From Candidatus Heimdallarchaeum aukensis (lineage in GTDB: Archaea; Asgardarchaeota; Heimdallarchaeia; Heimdallarchaeales; Heimdallarchaeaceae): 64,000 nucleotides of DNA. Of the stretch, positions 36,164-47,035 are shown one piece after another; position 1 is the stretch's first letter; every line of letters starts with the position of its first letter. Made by a program: the position numbers and the translations under genes. The notes under the pieces were generated by a model, which searched no databases, had not been told where the DNA came from, and saw only the letters and a list, made by a program, of their open reading frames with translations. Location: contig CP084166.1 of the NCBI GenBank assembly GCA_021513695.1, positions 64,001-128,000 on the forward strand, given 5' to 3'.

Positions 36164-39100
36164 TTGCCAATTCTGATAAGGTTGAAATTAAGAAGTTCTT
36201 TTCTGATTATTATTGTACTTGTAGTTTTATCGTTTAATTCTTTAATTCTGGGTGAAAATGAATCAGAATATACTCTTCTATATACAGAGAATATAGATGA
36301 TGGAGGAATTATCGAAACTTTTCCTGTAATCGATATGAATCAAAACATCCATGTTTTTGTCCATTTGCGAACTTCAGTTGAGGATAAATTGATAGTTCTT
36401 TATAATGATGGTTCAAAGTTAATTCAATCCAATTTACTGGAAGACGTATCAGTAATAACATTTTATGATAGTTTCATTTATGATGATCAATTGTTTGTGA
36501 TTTTTAGCGCGGTAAATCCTTTAGGTACTATAAGTTTTTATGAATACTCTTGGTCTCCTTCTTCCAACAAGACTATTCCTATTGTTTCCATCGCTTCTAG
36601 TGTTTTACCATACATTAATTACTTCAAAGTTACAATCGATAATGGTACAACACATTTATTTTTCAACAAATTCTATGGTGATAAAAACGAATTTATGAAC
36701 ATCACTCATTATTACGGAAGATCTGGTTCATTCAAAAAAGAATATTTTTCCATTACAAATCCATATTACAGAGTAGGTTTAGATTTTGTCGTAAATAATG
36801 GTACAATATATTACTTTTATCAAAAATGGGAAGATGAATATAACAAAGGTGAATTTACAGGAGACTTTGGTTTTGGAATTTTAGATAATCAAACTTTTTA
36901 TCCTCAAGTAACTAAAATTTTCTCAAAGAAAATTGTTGGCAAAGTAGGAAAATTTGATGCAGAAAAAGGGATTAATGATAAAATATTCACATTCGCATTT
37001 TTTGAACAAAAGAAGATGTATTATGGATGGTTCAATGGTACTCATGTTTTAAATATGACTCAAAATCTATTAACACAAGATAACTATTATGATTTCTCTC
37101 TTAATACTGAAAATGATACAGAACAAATGTTCTTAATCACTAGACCAGAAGGTTTCGATTATGTTTCTGTTTTCAGAGGGACCTATAACAATCTAACACT
37201 TCTCTGGGAATTTCAACCAATAACAACTTTAGAGAAGATTTCTCCATATGGTTATTCATTCACACTCTTCGATTCTAGCTACTTACTACTTTATAATTCA
37301 ACAGTAAGTACAAAAGAAATCCCACATCCAATAGGTTTACAATATAAGAATGAAACTGCAGTTTCTTTGATATTAGTAACTAATCTCCCAATTTCTCCAA
37401 TAGAACCAATTATAGACAATGGTTTACAATTGTATAATCCTATTACTTACTTCATTAAGAATAACATTCCAATAGTAATTGCACTATCTGTGCTACTATT
37501 AATTGTTATTGCTCTTCTTACAGTATTGTGGATAAGAAAAGCAAAAACCATTAAAGCCTTCCTTTATGACACTTCAGAGGTTGGAGAACATAAAAAGTTC
37601 ATATTATTTTTCTTGAATTTAAACAGATACATATCTAACTTCTTTAGTACAGTAAAAACAATTGGTTTTTCGAATAAAAAGCGAACGTTAATTACTCTTG
37701 CAGGTTTTATAATCACAGGATATCTCCTTGCTTCTGCTATCATTATTTCTCAAAGTGAGCAATCCTCCTTAGTTAAGTCTTACTACAATGCAAATAATAT
37801 TATTTCAGATGGAAAAGCAAGTGTAAGTCTAATAACAAATATAGTTAGAATCAATGAAGGTTCAGCTACAATTGCTAAAAATTATGATGCTCTTGCTAAA
37901 TCACAAATTAGTTCAATACTTAGCGATCTCACACTTTCCAAATATATAACTTCTATAGAATCAGTTTATTATAGTTTTGTCCGTGCTCAACATCCTACTG
38001 TAGATTTTAACAAAGAAGTTAAGATATCTGCTTTTCCTGATGATTCTGAACCTTACCTTTCTTCTGTTATAACAGAAGGTCGTGCTCCACAAGCTGATAA
38101 TGAAATTTTAATCCAAGGATCACTCTTTAGAGATTTTGATTTAACTCTTAATGACAATATTACTATAGTTCTTTCTCAAAAAGCTGTTTTATCTAATGAA
38201 ATTCAGGATTATCAAGTGAATCTTACAATAGTAGGAATCTTTGAACAAGTAACAACTTCAGAACTTTATAAAACTAGTCTATTTCTTGGTGAATCAAATG
38301 ACATTTTTGGTTTGCTCGAAACTTCTCAAATAGTCTTATACAATACCAACTTCTTTGAACTTCTTTCAAACAGTAATAAAATAAACATGCAACTTAGAGG
38401 AATCTATCAGTTTAATTTAGACTTTTCAAACTTCAGGATTGAAGAACGTACATTAATATCAAAAGAATATGAAAGACTTGTAGGACTTACTTATTCATTT
38501 AGTCATGATAGTGCTTCTGCAGTAGCATTCACACAGGAGATAATAGAGTTCTTTGAGAACTTCAATAGCTACTACTTGAATAACATGACTCGTTTGTTTA
38601 TCTTTGCATTTCCAGCAATTCTACTGTCAATCTTTATGATCTTTGAATCTTCAGAACTCTTTTCTTCAAGTTATCAGCAAGAAGTTTCTGTACTTAAAAA
38701 TAGAGGTATTAGAAGAAGAAGGATGGTCTCGATTTATATTTGGATCAGACTATTTGAAGTTATATTGGCTACAATTATAAGTTACGGAATTGCCATTCTT
38801 ACTTCGATTCCTTTAATTAGAGTAAATGGTTTCCTAACTTTCAATAATAGAGATACAGAACTAAGAATAGGAAATCTTCCTGTTGAAATGCTTTTAACTG
38901 CTCTAATTCTATTTACTATTTCGATTCCAAGAATTCTTTTGATTGTAAGAAGAGAAAGAAGGATTGAAAAAACACCTAGTAAACTTTCAAAACTATTCAA
39001 AAGAATCAGCTGGAGAGAAGTAAGTTTTCTACTTATAGGTATGCTGATTTTTGGAGTATTCTACTATTTGACCTTTGTAGCATATATTGAAGCAAGTACG

Positions 39101-40462
39101 AAAAACTTTCCACTATTCCTTAACTTAACAATTATAGGGGCATTGTTTACTCTAATAGGAGCTTTACCACTTTTGATGAAACTTCTATCTATTGTTTGGA
39201 AAGGAATAGGAACAGTAATTTGGAATTCAGAAAAGAAAAACAAGTTCAGGTTCGTATTTGCTGAGATATCTAAAGATATAAGATATTTCGAAAATATTAC
39301 TCTAATATTCTTGTTACTTATTGGTATTATCATTCCTTCTATAATTGTTCCATTTTCCAAAGAGAGAACGCTTACTAATCAAGCTTATTTCATGAACGGA
39401 TCAGAGTTAATGGTTCCAAATTGGCACAAATATTCAAACGGAATAACATTAGAAAATATCAGTGCAATTGAAGGAGTAGAATCAGCTTCTTATGTAAGAC
39501 TATATACGATGTACAGTGACTATAATTTAGGATATCATGGAACAAAAATAATGGTCATAAACACAACGAGTTTTATGGAAACCGTCCGGCAACCTCCTAC
39601 AACAGTTACAAAGTTCAATTGGCAACAGTTGGGTTCTCTTACTAAAGATACTGTTATAATTAGTAGAACTTTATCTGAAAAGTATAAAAAAGAAGTAGGA
39701 GATGAGATTTTTCTTATTCATCCTGATGCAACTTTTGATCCAAGATATGACAAATTTGTTCATAAATACAATCATACTATGACAGTAATATCAACATTTG
39801 ATCTCTTCCCGATTTTCTTCCTAGAAAAAGATAAACAAGAAGAAGAGCTAATGATGATTGTAACAGCTGAATGCTTTGACACGATATTGAAAAACGTAGT
39901 TACTAGACGATTACTCACTTCTTCGGCATTGTTGATTAAACCAACTAGTAAAGATGATATAGATCAAGTTGCTCAACAAGTATTTGATATTTCAGGAGGA
40001 GCTTATGTTCAAAGTTTCAGTAGTTTGAAGGATAACCTCAAAACTCCTCTCTATAATATTTTTGTTATTGAAATGATTCTTTCATTGTTCATTGCTGTTG
40101 TAGTTTTAATATTTTCAAGCTTTACCACAGCAACAAAGATATTAGAAAAGAGAGTAATCAAGCACGATATAATGAAGAAAATGGGAATAAATGTTACGAC
40201 AATAATCAACCTATCAGCTATAGAAAGTTTTATAGCTGCAATAATACCTTCCATGCTTCTGGGTTCGTTATTTGGATTTTTAGTGATAAATCCGATGTTG
40301 GGCCTTCTAAGTTATGGAGCAGAACCTTATCCTCTTACCATGCAGTATCCATTAATTCCGTTATTACTGAGTTTCTTGGCTTTACCTGTTATACTGTATA
40401 TTAGTTTGACATTTAATTTGCGTAGAGAATTTGCCAATTATTCTCCTACACAATTGGAGTGA
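36164..40462 (+). CDS. Giant (1432 aa) MacB/FtsX-type ABC transporter permease. It has an N-terminal ~430-aa extracytoplasmic domain and two FtsX 4-TM modules, each with a large extracytoplasmic domain.
   Basis: The signal/TM segment is LIIIVLVVLSFNSLILG. TM clusters lie around aa 435-455, 515-535, 800-900, 950-1010 and 1340-1420, with soluble domains of about 250-300 aa between them. It sits upstream of an ABC ATPase. The start is TTG (36164); an ATG at 36158 is in another frame and terminates after 26 codons. Confidence 0.7.
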   Translation: MPILIRLKLRSSFLIIIVLVVLSFNSLILGENESEYTLLYTENIDDGGIIETFPVIDMNQNIHVFVHLRTSVEDKLIVLYNDGSKLIQSNLLEDVSVITFYDSFIYDDQLFVIFSAVNPLGTISFYEYSWSPSSNKTIPIVSIASSVLPYINYFKVTIDNGTTHLFFNKFYGDKNEFMNITHYYGRSGSFKKEYFSITNPYYRVGLDFVVNNGTIYYFYQKWEDEYNKGEFTGDFGFGILDNQTFYPQVTKIFSKKIVGKVGKFDAEKGINDKIFTFAFFEQKKMYYGWFNGTHVLNMTQNLLTQDNYYDFSLNTENDTEQMFLITRPEGFDYVSVFRGTYNNLTLLWEFQPITTLEKISPYGYSFTLFDSSYLLLYNSTVSTKEIPHPIGLQYKNETAVSLILVTNLPISPIEPIIDNGLQLYNPITYFIKNNIPIVIALSVLLLIVIALLTVLWIRKAKTIKAFLYDTSEVGEHKKFILFFLNLNRYISNFFSTVKTIGFSNKKRTLITLAGFIITGYLLASAIIISQSEQSSLVKSYYNANNIISDGKASVSLITNIVRINEGSATIAKNYDALAKSQISSILSDLTLSKYITSIESVYYSFVRAQHPTVDFNKEVKISAFPDDSEPYLSSVITEGRAPQADNEILIQGSLFRDFDLTLNDNITIVLSQKAVLSNEIQDYQVNLTIVGIFEQVTTSELYKTSLFLGESNDIFGLLETSQIVLYNTNFFELLSNSNKINMQLRGIYQFNLDFSNFRIEERTLISKEYERLVGLTYSFSHDSASAVAFTQEIIEFFENFNSYYLNNMTRLFIFAFPAILLSIFMIFESSELFSSSYQQEVSVLKNRGIRRRRMVSIYIWIRLFEVILATIISYGIAILTSIPLIRVNGFLTFNNRDTELRIGNLPVEMLLTALILFTISIPRILLIVRRERRIEKTPSKLSKLFKRISWREVSFLLIGMLIFGVFYYLTFVAYIEASTKNFPLFLNLTIIGALFTLIGALPLLMKLLSIVWKGIGTVIWNSEKKNKFRFVFAEISKDIRYFENITLIFLLLIGIIIPSIIVPFSKERTLTNQAYFMNGSELMVPNWHKYSNGITLENISAIEGVESASYVRLYTMYSDYNLGYHGTKIMVINTTSFMETVRQPPTTVTKFNWQQLGSLTKDTVIISRTLSEKYKKEVGDEIFLIHPDATFDPRYDKFVHKYNHTMTVISTFDLFPIFFLEKDKQEEELMMIVTAECFDTILKNVVTRRLLTSSALLIKPTSKDDIDQVAQQVFDISGGAYVQSFSSLKDNLKTPLYNIFVIEMILSLFIAVVVLIFSSFTTATKILEKRVIKHDIMKKMGINVTTIINLSAIESFIAAIIPSMLLGSLFGFLVINPMLGLLSYGAEPYPLTMQYPLIPLLLSFLALPVILYISLTFNLRREFANYSPTQLE

Positions 40463-41340
40463 TGTAAATGAGTGGAATATATGTTAAAGATTTAATAAAA
40501 GTGTATCATGACCCAGAAACAGATGTAAGGGTCTCTGCTTTACGTGGGTTAGATCTATTTGTAAAAGAAGGGGAAGTTGCTTCAATAATAGGTCCATCGG
40601 GTGCAGGAAAAAGTACACTAATCAAAATTCTATGTGGTTTAGAAACAGCTTCTGGAGGATCAGTTTATATAGGTGATACAAATATAATTGAACTTTCAGA
40701 AAAGGAGATGCAAACGTTTAGATTCAAAAATATTGGTATAATAAACCAATTTGTTGCCCAGAATTTATTACCTAATTTAACTGTAGAGCAGAACATCCTT
40801 TTACCACTAAAAATGAGATATGCTAGTAAACAAAGAGCAAGAAAAGAACTAGAGGAATTGTTATCTGCTTTAAATATAGAAAGGATACGTTATAATCCTG
40901 TAACCAAAATCTCAGGAGGAGAAGCAGTAAGAACAAGCATTGGAGTTACACTAGCTAAAAAACCTAAAATCATACTCGCGGACGAACCTACAGGACAATT
41001 GGACACTGCTAACACAAACAATATTATTGAAACTTTTAAAGAACTGAATGAAGCTTTCAACACTACTATTCTAGTTGTGACACATGACTTGAGGTTTAGA
41101 AACGCTTTCAATAAAAGCTATATTATTCGTGATGGGAGACTAGTTGGTGTAAATGTTGAAATGGACCGTTCTGAACTTGATTTTCTTATTAAACCTCAAG
41201 AGTCTTCTCTCCAATCTGTAATTGACAGCAGCCAATTCGTAAGATTACCTGATGAAGTATACCAAACTGGAGAATTCAAGCATATTGTTGAATTTGATAT
41301 TCATCCTTCAAAGAAATTTTCAATTTTATTCAATCCTAAC
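37531..41340 (+). repeat. Copy A of a perfect 3810-bp tandem direct duplication.
   Basis: 37531-41340 is identical to 41341-45150. The embedded six-frame ORFs are identical in both copies (e.g. 38782..39000 = 42592..42810, and 39064..39360 = 42874..43170). The length is 3 x 1270, so the duplication is in-frame. Confidence 0.9.
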
Positions 41341-41364
41341 GATAAGAAAAGCAAAAACCATTAA
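40468..41364 (+). pseudogene. Duplication-generated truncated ABC ATPase copy. It contains NBD1 only and gains a chimeric 7-aa tail after the junction.
   Basis: The first 291 codons are identical to the 44278 ATPase. After the junction at 41341 the frame reads DKKSKNH and stops. Confidence 0.5.
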
Positions 41365-44272
41365 AGCCTTCCTTTATGACACTTCAGAGGTTGGAGAACA
41401 TAAAAAGTTCATATTATTTTTCTTGAATTTAAACAGATACATATCTAACTTCTTTAGTACAGTAAAAACAATTGGTTTTTCGAATAAAAAGCGAACGTTA
41501 ATTACTCTTGCAGGTTTTATAATCACAGGATATCTCCTTGCTTCTGCTATCATTATTTCTCAAAGTGAGCAATCCTCCTTAGTTAAGTCTTACTACAATG
41601 CAAATAATATTATTTCAGATGGAAAAGCAAGTGTAAGTCTAATAACAAATATAGTTAGAATCAATGAAGGTTCAGCTACAATTGCTAAAAATTATGATGC
41701 TCTTGCTAAATCACAAATTAGTTCAATACTTAGCGATCTCACACTTTCCAAATATATAACTTCTATAGAATCAGTTTATTATAGTTTTGTCCGTGCTCAA
41801 CATCCTACTGTAGATTTTAACAAAGAAGTTAAGATATCTGCTTTTCCTGATGATTCTGAACCTTACCTTTCTTCTGTTATAACAGAAGGTCGTGCTCCAC
41901 AAGCTGATAATGAAATTTTAATCCAAGGATCACTCTTTAGAGATTTTGATTTAACTCTTAATGACAATATTACTATAGTTCTTTCTCAAAAAGCTGTTTT
42001 ATCTAATGAAATTCAGGATTATCAAGTGAATCTTACAATAGTAGGAATCTTTGAACAAGTAACAACTTCAGAACTTTATAAAACTAGTCTATTTCTTGGT
42101 GAATCAAATGACATTTTTGGTTTGCTCGAAACTTCTCAAATAGTCTTATACAATACCAACTTCTTTGAACTTCTTTCAAACAGTAATAAAATAAACATGC
42201 AACTTAGAGGAATCTATCAGTTTAATTTAGACTTTTCAAACTTCAGGATTGAAGAACGTACATTAATATCAAAAGAATATGAAAGACTTGTAGGACTTAC
42301 TTATTCATTTAGTCATGATAGTGCTTCTGCAGTAGCATTCACACAGGAGATAATAGAGTTCTTTGAGAACTTCAATAGCTACTACTTGAATAACATGACT
42401 CGTTTGTTTATCTTTGCATTTCCAGCAATTCTACTGTCAATCTTTATGATCTTTGAATCTTCAGAACTCTTTTCTTCAAGTTATCAGCAAGAAGTTTCTG
42501 TACTTAAAAATAGAGGTATTAGAAGAAGAAGGATGGTCTCGATTTATATTTGGATCAGACTATTTGAAGTTATATTGGCTACAATTATAAGTTACGGAAT
42601 TGCCATTCTTACTTCGATTCCTTTAATTAGAGTAAATGGTTTCCTAACTTTCAATAATAGAGATACAGAACTAAGAATAGGAAATCTTCCTGTTGAAATG
42701 CTTTTAACTGCTCTAATTCTATTTACTATTTCGATTCCAAGAATTCTTTTGATTGTAAGAAGAGAAAGAAGGATTGAAAAAACACCTAGTAAACTTTCAA
42801 AACTATTCAAAAGAATCAGCTGGAGAGAAGTAAGTTTTCTACTTATAGGTATGCTGATTTTTGGAGTATTCTACTATTTGACCTTTGTAGCATATATTGA
42901 AGCAAGTACGAAAAACTTTCCACTATTCCTTAACTTAACAATTATAGGGGCATTGTTTACTCTAATAGGAGCTTTACCACTTTTGATGAAACTTCTATCT
43001 ATTGTTTGGAAAGGAATAGGAACAGTAATTTGGAATTCAGAAAAGAAAAACAAGTTCAGGTTCGTATTTGCTGAGATATCTAAAGATATAAGATATTTCG
43101 AAAATATTACTCTAATATTCTTGTTACTTATTGGTATTATCATTCCTTCTATAATTGTTCCATTTTCCAAAGAGAGAACGCTTACTAATCAAGCTTATTT
43201 CATGAACGGATCAGAGTTAATGGTTCCAAATTGGCACAAATATTCAAACGGAATAACATTAGAAAATATCAGTGCAATTGAAGGAGTAGAATCAGCTTCT
43301 TATGTAAGACTATATACGATGTACAGTGACTATAATTTAGGATATCATGGAACAAAAATAATGGTCATAAACACAACGAGTTTTATGGAAACCGTCCGGC
43401 AACCTCCTACAACAGTTACAAAGTTCAATTGGCAACAGTTGGGTTCTCTTACTAAAGATACTGTTATAATTAGTAGAACTTTATCTGAAAAGTATAAAAA
43501 AGAAGTAGGAGATGAGATTTTTCTTATTCATCCTGATGCAACTTTTGATCCAAGATATGACAAATTTGTTCATAAATACAATCATACTATGACAGTAATA
43601 TCAACATTTGATCTCTTCCCGATTTTCTTCCTAGAAAAAGATAAACAAGAAGAAGAGCTAATGATGATTGTAACAGCTGAATGCTTTGACACGATATTGA
43701 AAAACGTAGTTACTAGACGATTACTCACTTCTTCGGCATTGTTGATTAAACCAACTAGTAAAGATGATATAGATCAAGTTGCTCAACAAGTATTTGATAT
43801 TTCAGGAGGAGCTTATGTTCAAAGTTTCAGTAGTTTGAAGGATAACCTCAAAACTCCTCTCTATAATATTTTTGTTATTGAAATGATTCTTTCATTGTTC
43901 ATTGCTGTTGTAGTTTTAATATTTTCAAGCTTTACCACAGCAACAAAGATATTAGAAAAGAGAGTAATCAAGCACGATATAATGAAGAAAATGGGAATAA
44001 ATGTTACGACAATAATCAACCTATCAGCTATAGAAAGTTTTATAGCTGCAATAATACCTTCCATGCTTCTGGGTTCGTTATTTGGATTTTTAGTGATAAA
44101 TCCGATGTTGGGCCTTCTAAGTTATGGAGCAGAACCTTATCCTCTTACCATGCAGTATCCATTAATTCCGTTATTACTGAGTTTCTTGGCTTTACCTGTT
44201 ATACTGTATATTAGTTTGACATTTAATTTGCGTAGAGAATTTGCCAATTATTCTCCTACACAATTGGAGTGA
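41341..44272 (+). pseudogene. 5'-truncated second copy of the FtsX permease (equivalent to residues ~457-1432). It has no start codon of its own.
   Basis: From the junction to the stop, the sequence is identical to the C-terminal 976 aa of the 36164 ORF. The track ORF at 41252 begins with an out-of-frame ATG inside the truncated ATPase copy. Confidence 0.5.
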
Positions 44273-45150
44273 TGTAAATGAGTGGAATATATGTTAAAGA
44301 TTTAATAAAAGTGTATCATGACCCAGAAACAGATGTAAGGGTCTCTGCTTTACGTGGGTTAGATCTATTTGTAAAAGAAGGGGAAGTTGCTTCAATAATA
44401 GGTCCATCGGGTGCAGGAAAAAGTACACTAATCAAAATTCTATGTGGTTTAGAAACAGCTTCTGGAGGATCAGTTTATATAGGTGATACAAATATAATTG
44501 AACTTTCAGAAAAGGAGATGCAAACGTTTAGATTCAAAAATATTGGTATAATAAACCAATTTGTTGCCCAGAATTTATTACCTAATTTAACTGTAGAGCA
44601 GAACATCCTTTTACCACTAAAAATGAGATATGCTAGTAAACAAAGAGCAAGAAAAGAACTAGAGGAATTGTTATCTGCTTTAAATATAGAAAGGATACGT
44701 TATAATCCTGTAACCAAAATCTCAGGAGGAGAAGCAGTAAGAACAAGCATTGGAGTTACACTAGCTAAAAAACCTAAAATCATACTCGCGGACGAACCTA
44801 CAGGACAATTGGACACTGCTAACACAAACAATATTATTGAAACTTTTAAAGAACTGAATGAAGCTTTCAACACTACTATTCTAGTTGTGACACATGACTT
44901 GAGGTTTAGAAACGCTTTCAATAAAAGCTATATTATTCGTGATGGGAGACTAGTTGGTGTAAATGTTGAAATGGACCGTTCTGAACTTGATTTTCTTATT
45001 AAACCTCAAGAGTCTTCTCTCCAATCTGTAATTGACAGCAGCCAATTCGTAAGATTACCTGATGAAGTATACCAAACTGGAGAATTCAAGCATATTGTTG
45101 AATTTGATATTCATCCTTCAAAGAAATTTTCAATTTTATTCAATCCTAAC
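41341..45150 (+). repeat. Copy B of the 3810-bp tandem direct duplication.
   Basis: The junction is caatcctaac|gataagaaaagc at 41340/41341. The right end is caatcctaac|aacgttacaaag at 45150/45151. Confidence 0.9.
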
Positions 45151-46065
45151 AACGTTACAAAGAAAGAAATTTACGAAATTTTACCTAAAACACATGAATA
45201 CTCTGATATTGAAGAAAAGATTGAAGCAGAAGCAGAAGATCACAAAGTTTCATTTGACGAAGTAAGACCCATAATGGAGCAAGAATTTCTAGCAGATTTA
45301 TCTGACAGAAATATTATTGAAGTAAAAAACCTTGTAAAATCTTTTCCATTAGGCAAACGTACCCATGAAGTTCTAAAAGGAATAAGTTTCAACATTCGAA
45401 AAGGTGATTTTGTAGTTATTGCTGGAAAAAGTGGAGCAGGAAAAACTACTCTTATGAATGTTGTTTCTGGAGTCGAAAAACCCACTTCAGGTGAAATTAT
45501 CATCGATGGCATAAACATCACAGAAGAAAGCGGTTCAACAATATCAAACATGCGTTTCAAGGATATTGCCATGATTAGTCAAGTCAACAATCTATTCAGT
45601 CAATATACAGTAAAAGAAAATATGGAGATTCCCGAGATTTTCAACGGAATTAAAGACTTTTATTCACACATTGACTTTCAAGAGATAGCAGAAGAATGTA
45701 AAATTGATCATAGACTAAACCAGTATCCTCCAGAACTTTCAGCAGGAGAAAAACAACGTGCTGCGCTAGCTGTAGCTCTCTCTAGACATACCCCAATAAT
45801 CTTTGCAGATGAACCTACAGCCAATTTAGATTCAAGGTTAGCGAGAAATATTATCTCAATGCTCATGGAGACTGCAAGAGTTTACAACACCACAATTGTA
45901 ATGAGTACTCACGATTTGTCTCTAGTAAGACCTGGATTCAGATTAATAAGATTGCAAGATGGAAAAATAATTGAAGATGTAAGAGTTACAAAGAACAAGC
46001 TTAAAGGAATTTTGGAAGACTATTTAGATATTAAAATAGAAGAAAACGGTTCAGTTAGCTATTAA
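44278..46065 (+). CDS. ABC transporter ATP-binding protein with two nucleotide-binding domains (595 aa), the partner of the FtsX/MacB-type permease.
   Basis: NBD1 has Walker A GPSGAGKST, signature ISGGEAVRTS and Walker B IILADEPTGQLD. NBD2 has Walker A GKSGAGKTT, signature LSAGEKQRAALAVAL and Walker B IIFADEPTANLD. Confidence 0.85.
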   Translation: MSGIYVKDLIKVYHDPETDVRVSALRGLDLFVKEGEVASIIGPSGAGKSTLIKILCGLETASGGSVYIGDTNIIELSEKEMQTFRFKNIGIINQFVAQNLLPNLTVEQNILLPLKMRYASKQRARKELEELLSALNIERIRYNPVTKISGGEAVRTSIGVTLAKKPKIILADEPTGQLDTANTNNIIETFKELNEAFNTTILVVTHDLRFRNAFNKSYIIRDGRLVGVNVEMDRSELDFLIKPQESSLQSVIDSSQFVRLPDEVYQTGEFKHIVEFDIHPSKKFSILFNPNNVTKKEIYEILPKTHEYSDIEEKIEAEAEDHKVSFDEVRPIMEQEFLADLSDRNIIEVKNLVKSFPLGKRTHEVLKGISFNIRKGDFVVIAGKSGAGKTTLMNVVSGVEKPTSGEIIIDGINITEESGSTISNMRFKDIAMISQVNNLFSQYTVKENMEIPEIFNGIKDFYSHIDFQEIAEECKIDHRLNQYPPELSAGEKQRAALAVALSRHTPIIFADEPTANLDSRLARNIISMLMETARVYNTTIVMSTHDLSLVRPGFRLIRLQDGKIIEDVRVTKNKLKGILEDYLDIKIEENGSVSY

Positions 46066-46268
46066 TTTTCTTTCTTTTTTTTACAATTGATAACTTTAAC
46101 TTTTTTACCTAATTTTAGTTTGCTAGTTAAAATTAGTGACAGTTATTACTGCATCCATAATTAAAGCTAGAGTGATTTTTTTACTATTTCAGAGGTTTAA
46201 CTTAAAAACACGATGATTTTTTTTTCTGTTTGAGAAAGTTTTTTATTGAAATAAAAAAAATAACTCAC

Positions 46269-47012
46269 ATGGTAACTTTTCAAATTGAAAACAGTAAACT
46301 GAAAAACATTGAACTAGTCTGTATTGACAAAGATGGAACTGTCCTAACTTACGATATGTATTTTCCTGTGATGAAAAAACGTGCAGAAGAATTAGTAAAA
46401 AGGTATAATTTACCAAATGAAACAAAGAAAGATATACTAGAAATCATGGGTCTAGATTCGAATGAGCAAATTATAATGGGTGGGAGAATTCATATGCCTC
46501 GTTTGGAGAACATAAGAGCTACGATTGATTTTTTAAGAAAAAATTCAGTTAATGCAAGTTTTAAAGAGATTTCTGACCTCTTTAATGAAATTGATGAAAT
46601 TGTAGATTTATCAAAACATACTAAAGTATATCCTGGAATTGAAATGTTTCTTAAGACATTAAAAGAAAAGAATGTAAAAATTGTTATGACTACATTTGAT
46701 AGTACAGATGCAGCAAAAAGGCATCTTAAAAATAGTAAATTACTAGAATACTTTGATCTTGTTCTTGGAATAGATGAAGATTCTCCATATAATCCTAAAC
46801 CTGCTCCTGATATGCTGCAATACTCTTGTAAACTTCTAGAAGTAGACCCTCATAGGAGTGTTGTTATTGGAGATGACAATAACGATATGTTATTGGCAAA
46901 AAACGCTGGTGCATTAGCTGCTATTGGTGTTTTAACTGGAAGATCTAAAAGAGAGGATTTGAAAAACGCTGATTTTATCATAGATTCTATAAATGATATT
47001 AAAATAAAATAG
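46269..47012 (+). CDS. HAD-superfamily hydrolase (phosphatase-like).
   Basis: Motif I is VCIDKDGTVL (DxDGT). The motif IV region is VIGDDNNDM. The track start at 46230 is TTG; the ATG at 46269 places motif I about 20 aa from the N-terminus. Confidence 0.7.
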   Translation: MVTFQIENSKLKNIELVCIDKDGTVLTYDMYFPVMKKRAEELVKRYNLPNETKKDILEIMGLDSNEQIIMGGRIHMPRLENIRATIDFLRKNSVNASFKEISDLFNEIDEIVDLSKHTKVYPGIEMFLKTLKEKNVKIVMTTFDSTDAAKRHLKNSKLLEYFDLVLGIDEDSPYNPKPAPDMLQYSCKLLEVDPHRSVVIGDDNNDMLLAKNAGALAAIGVLTGRSKREDLKNADFIIDSINDIKIK

Positions 47013-47035
47013 AAATAAGAAATTAAGTGATTTTT

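Noticed and set aside
41252-41340. N-terminal 30 aa (MKYTKLENSSILLNLIFILQRNFQFYSILT) of the 1006-aa track ORF as a genuine protein N-terminus.
   Set aside because: It is an out-of-frame translation of the ABC ATPase coding sequence. The identical peptide ORF recurs at 45062 inside the second ATPase copy. The ORF exists only because the duplication junction at 41341 continues into the permease frame.
45062-45572. ORFs 45062..45265 (+) and 45240..45572 (-).
   Set aside because: They are alternate-frame or antisense shadows inside the two-NBD ABC ATPase gene (44278..46065).
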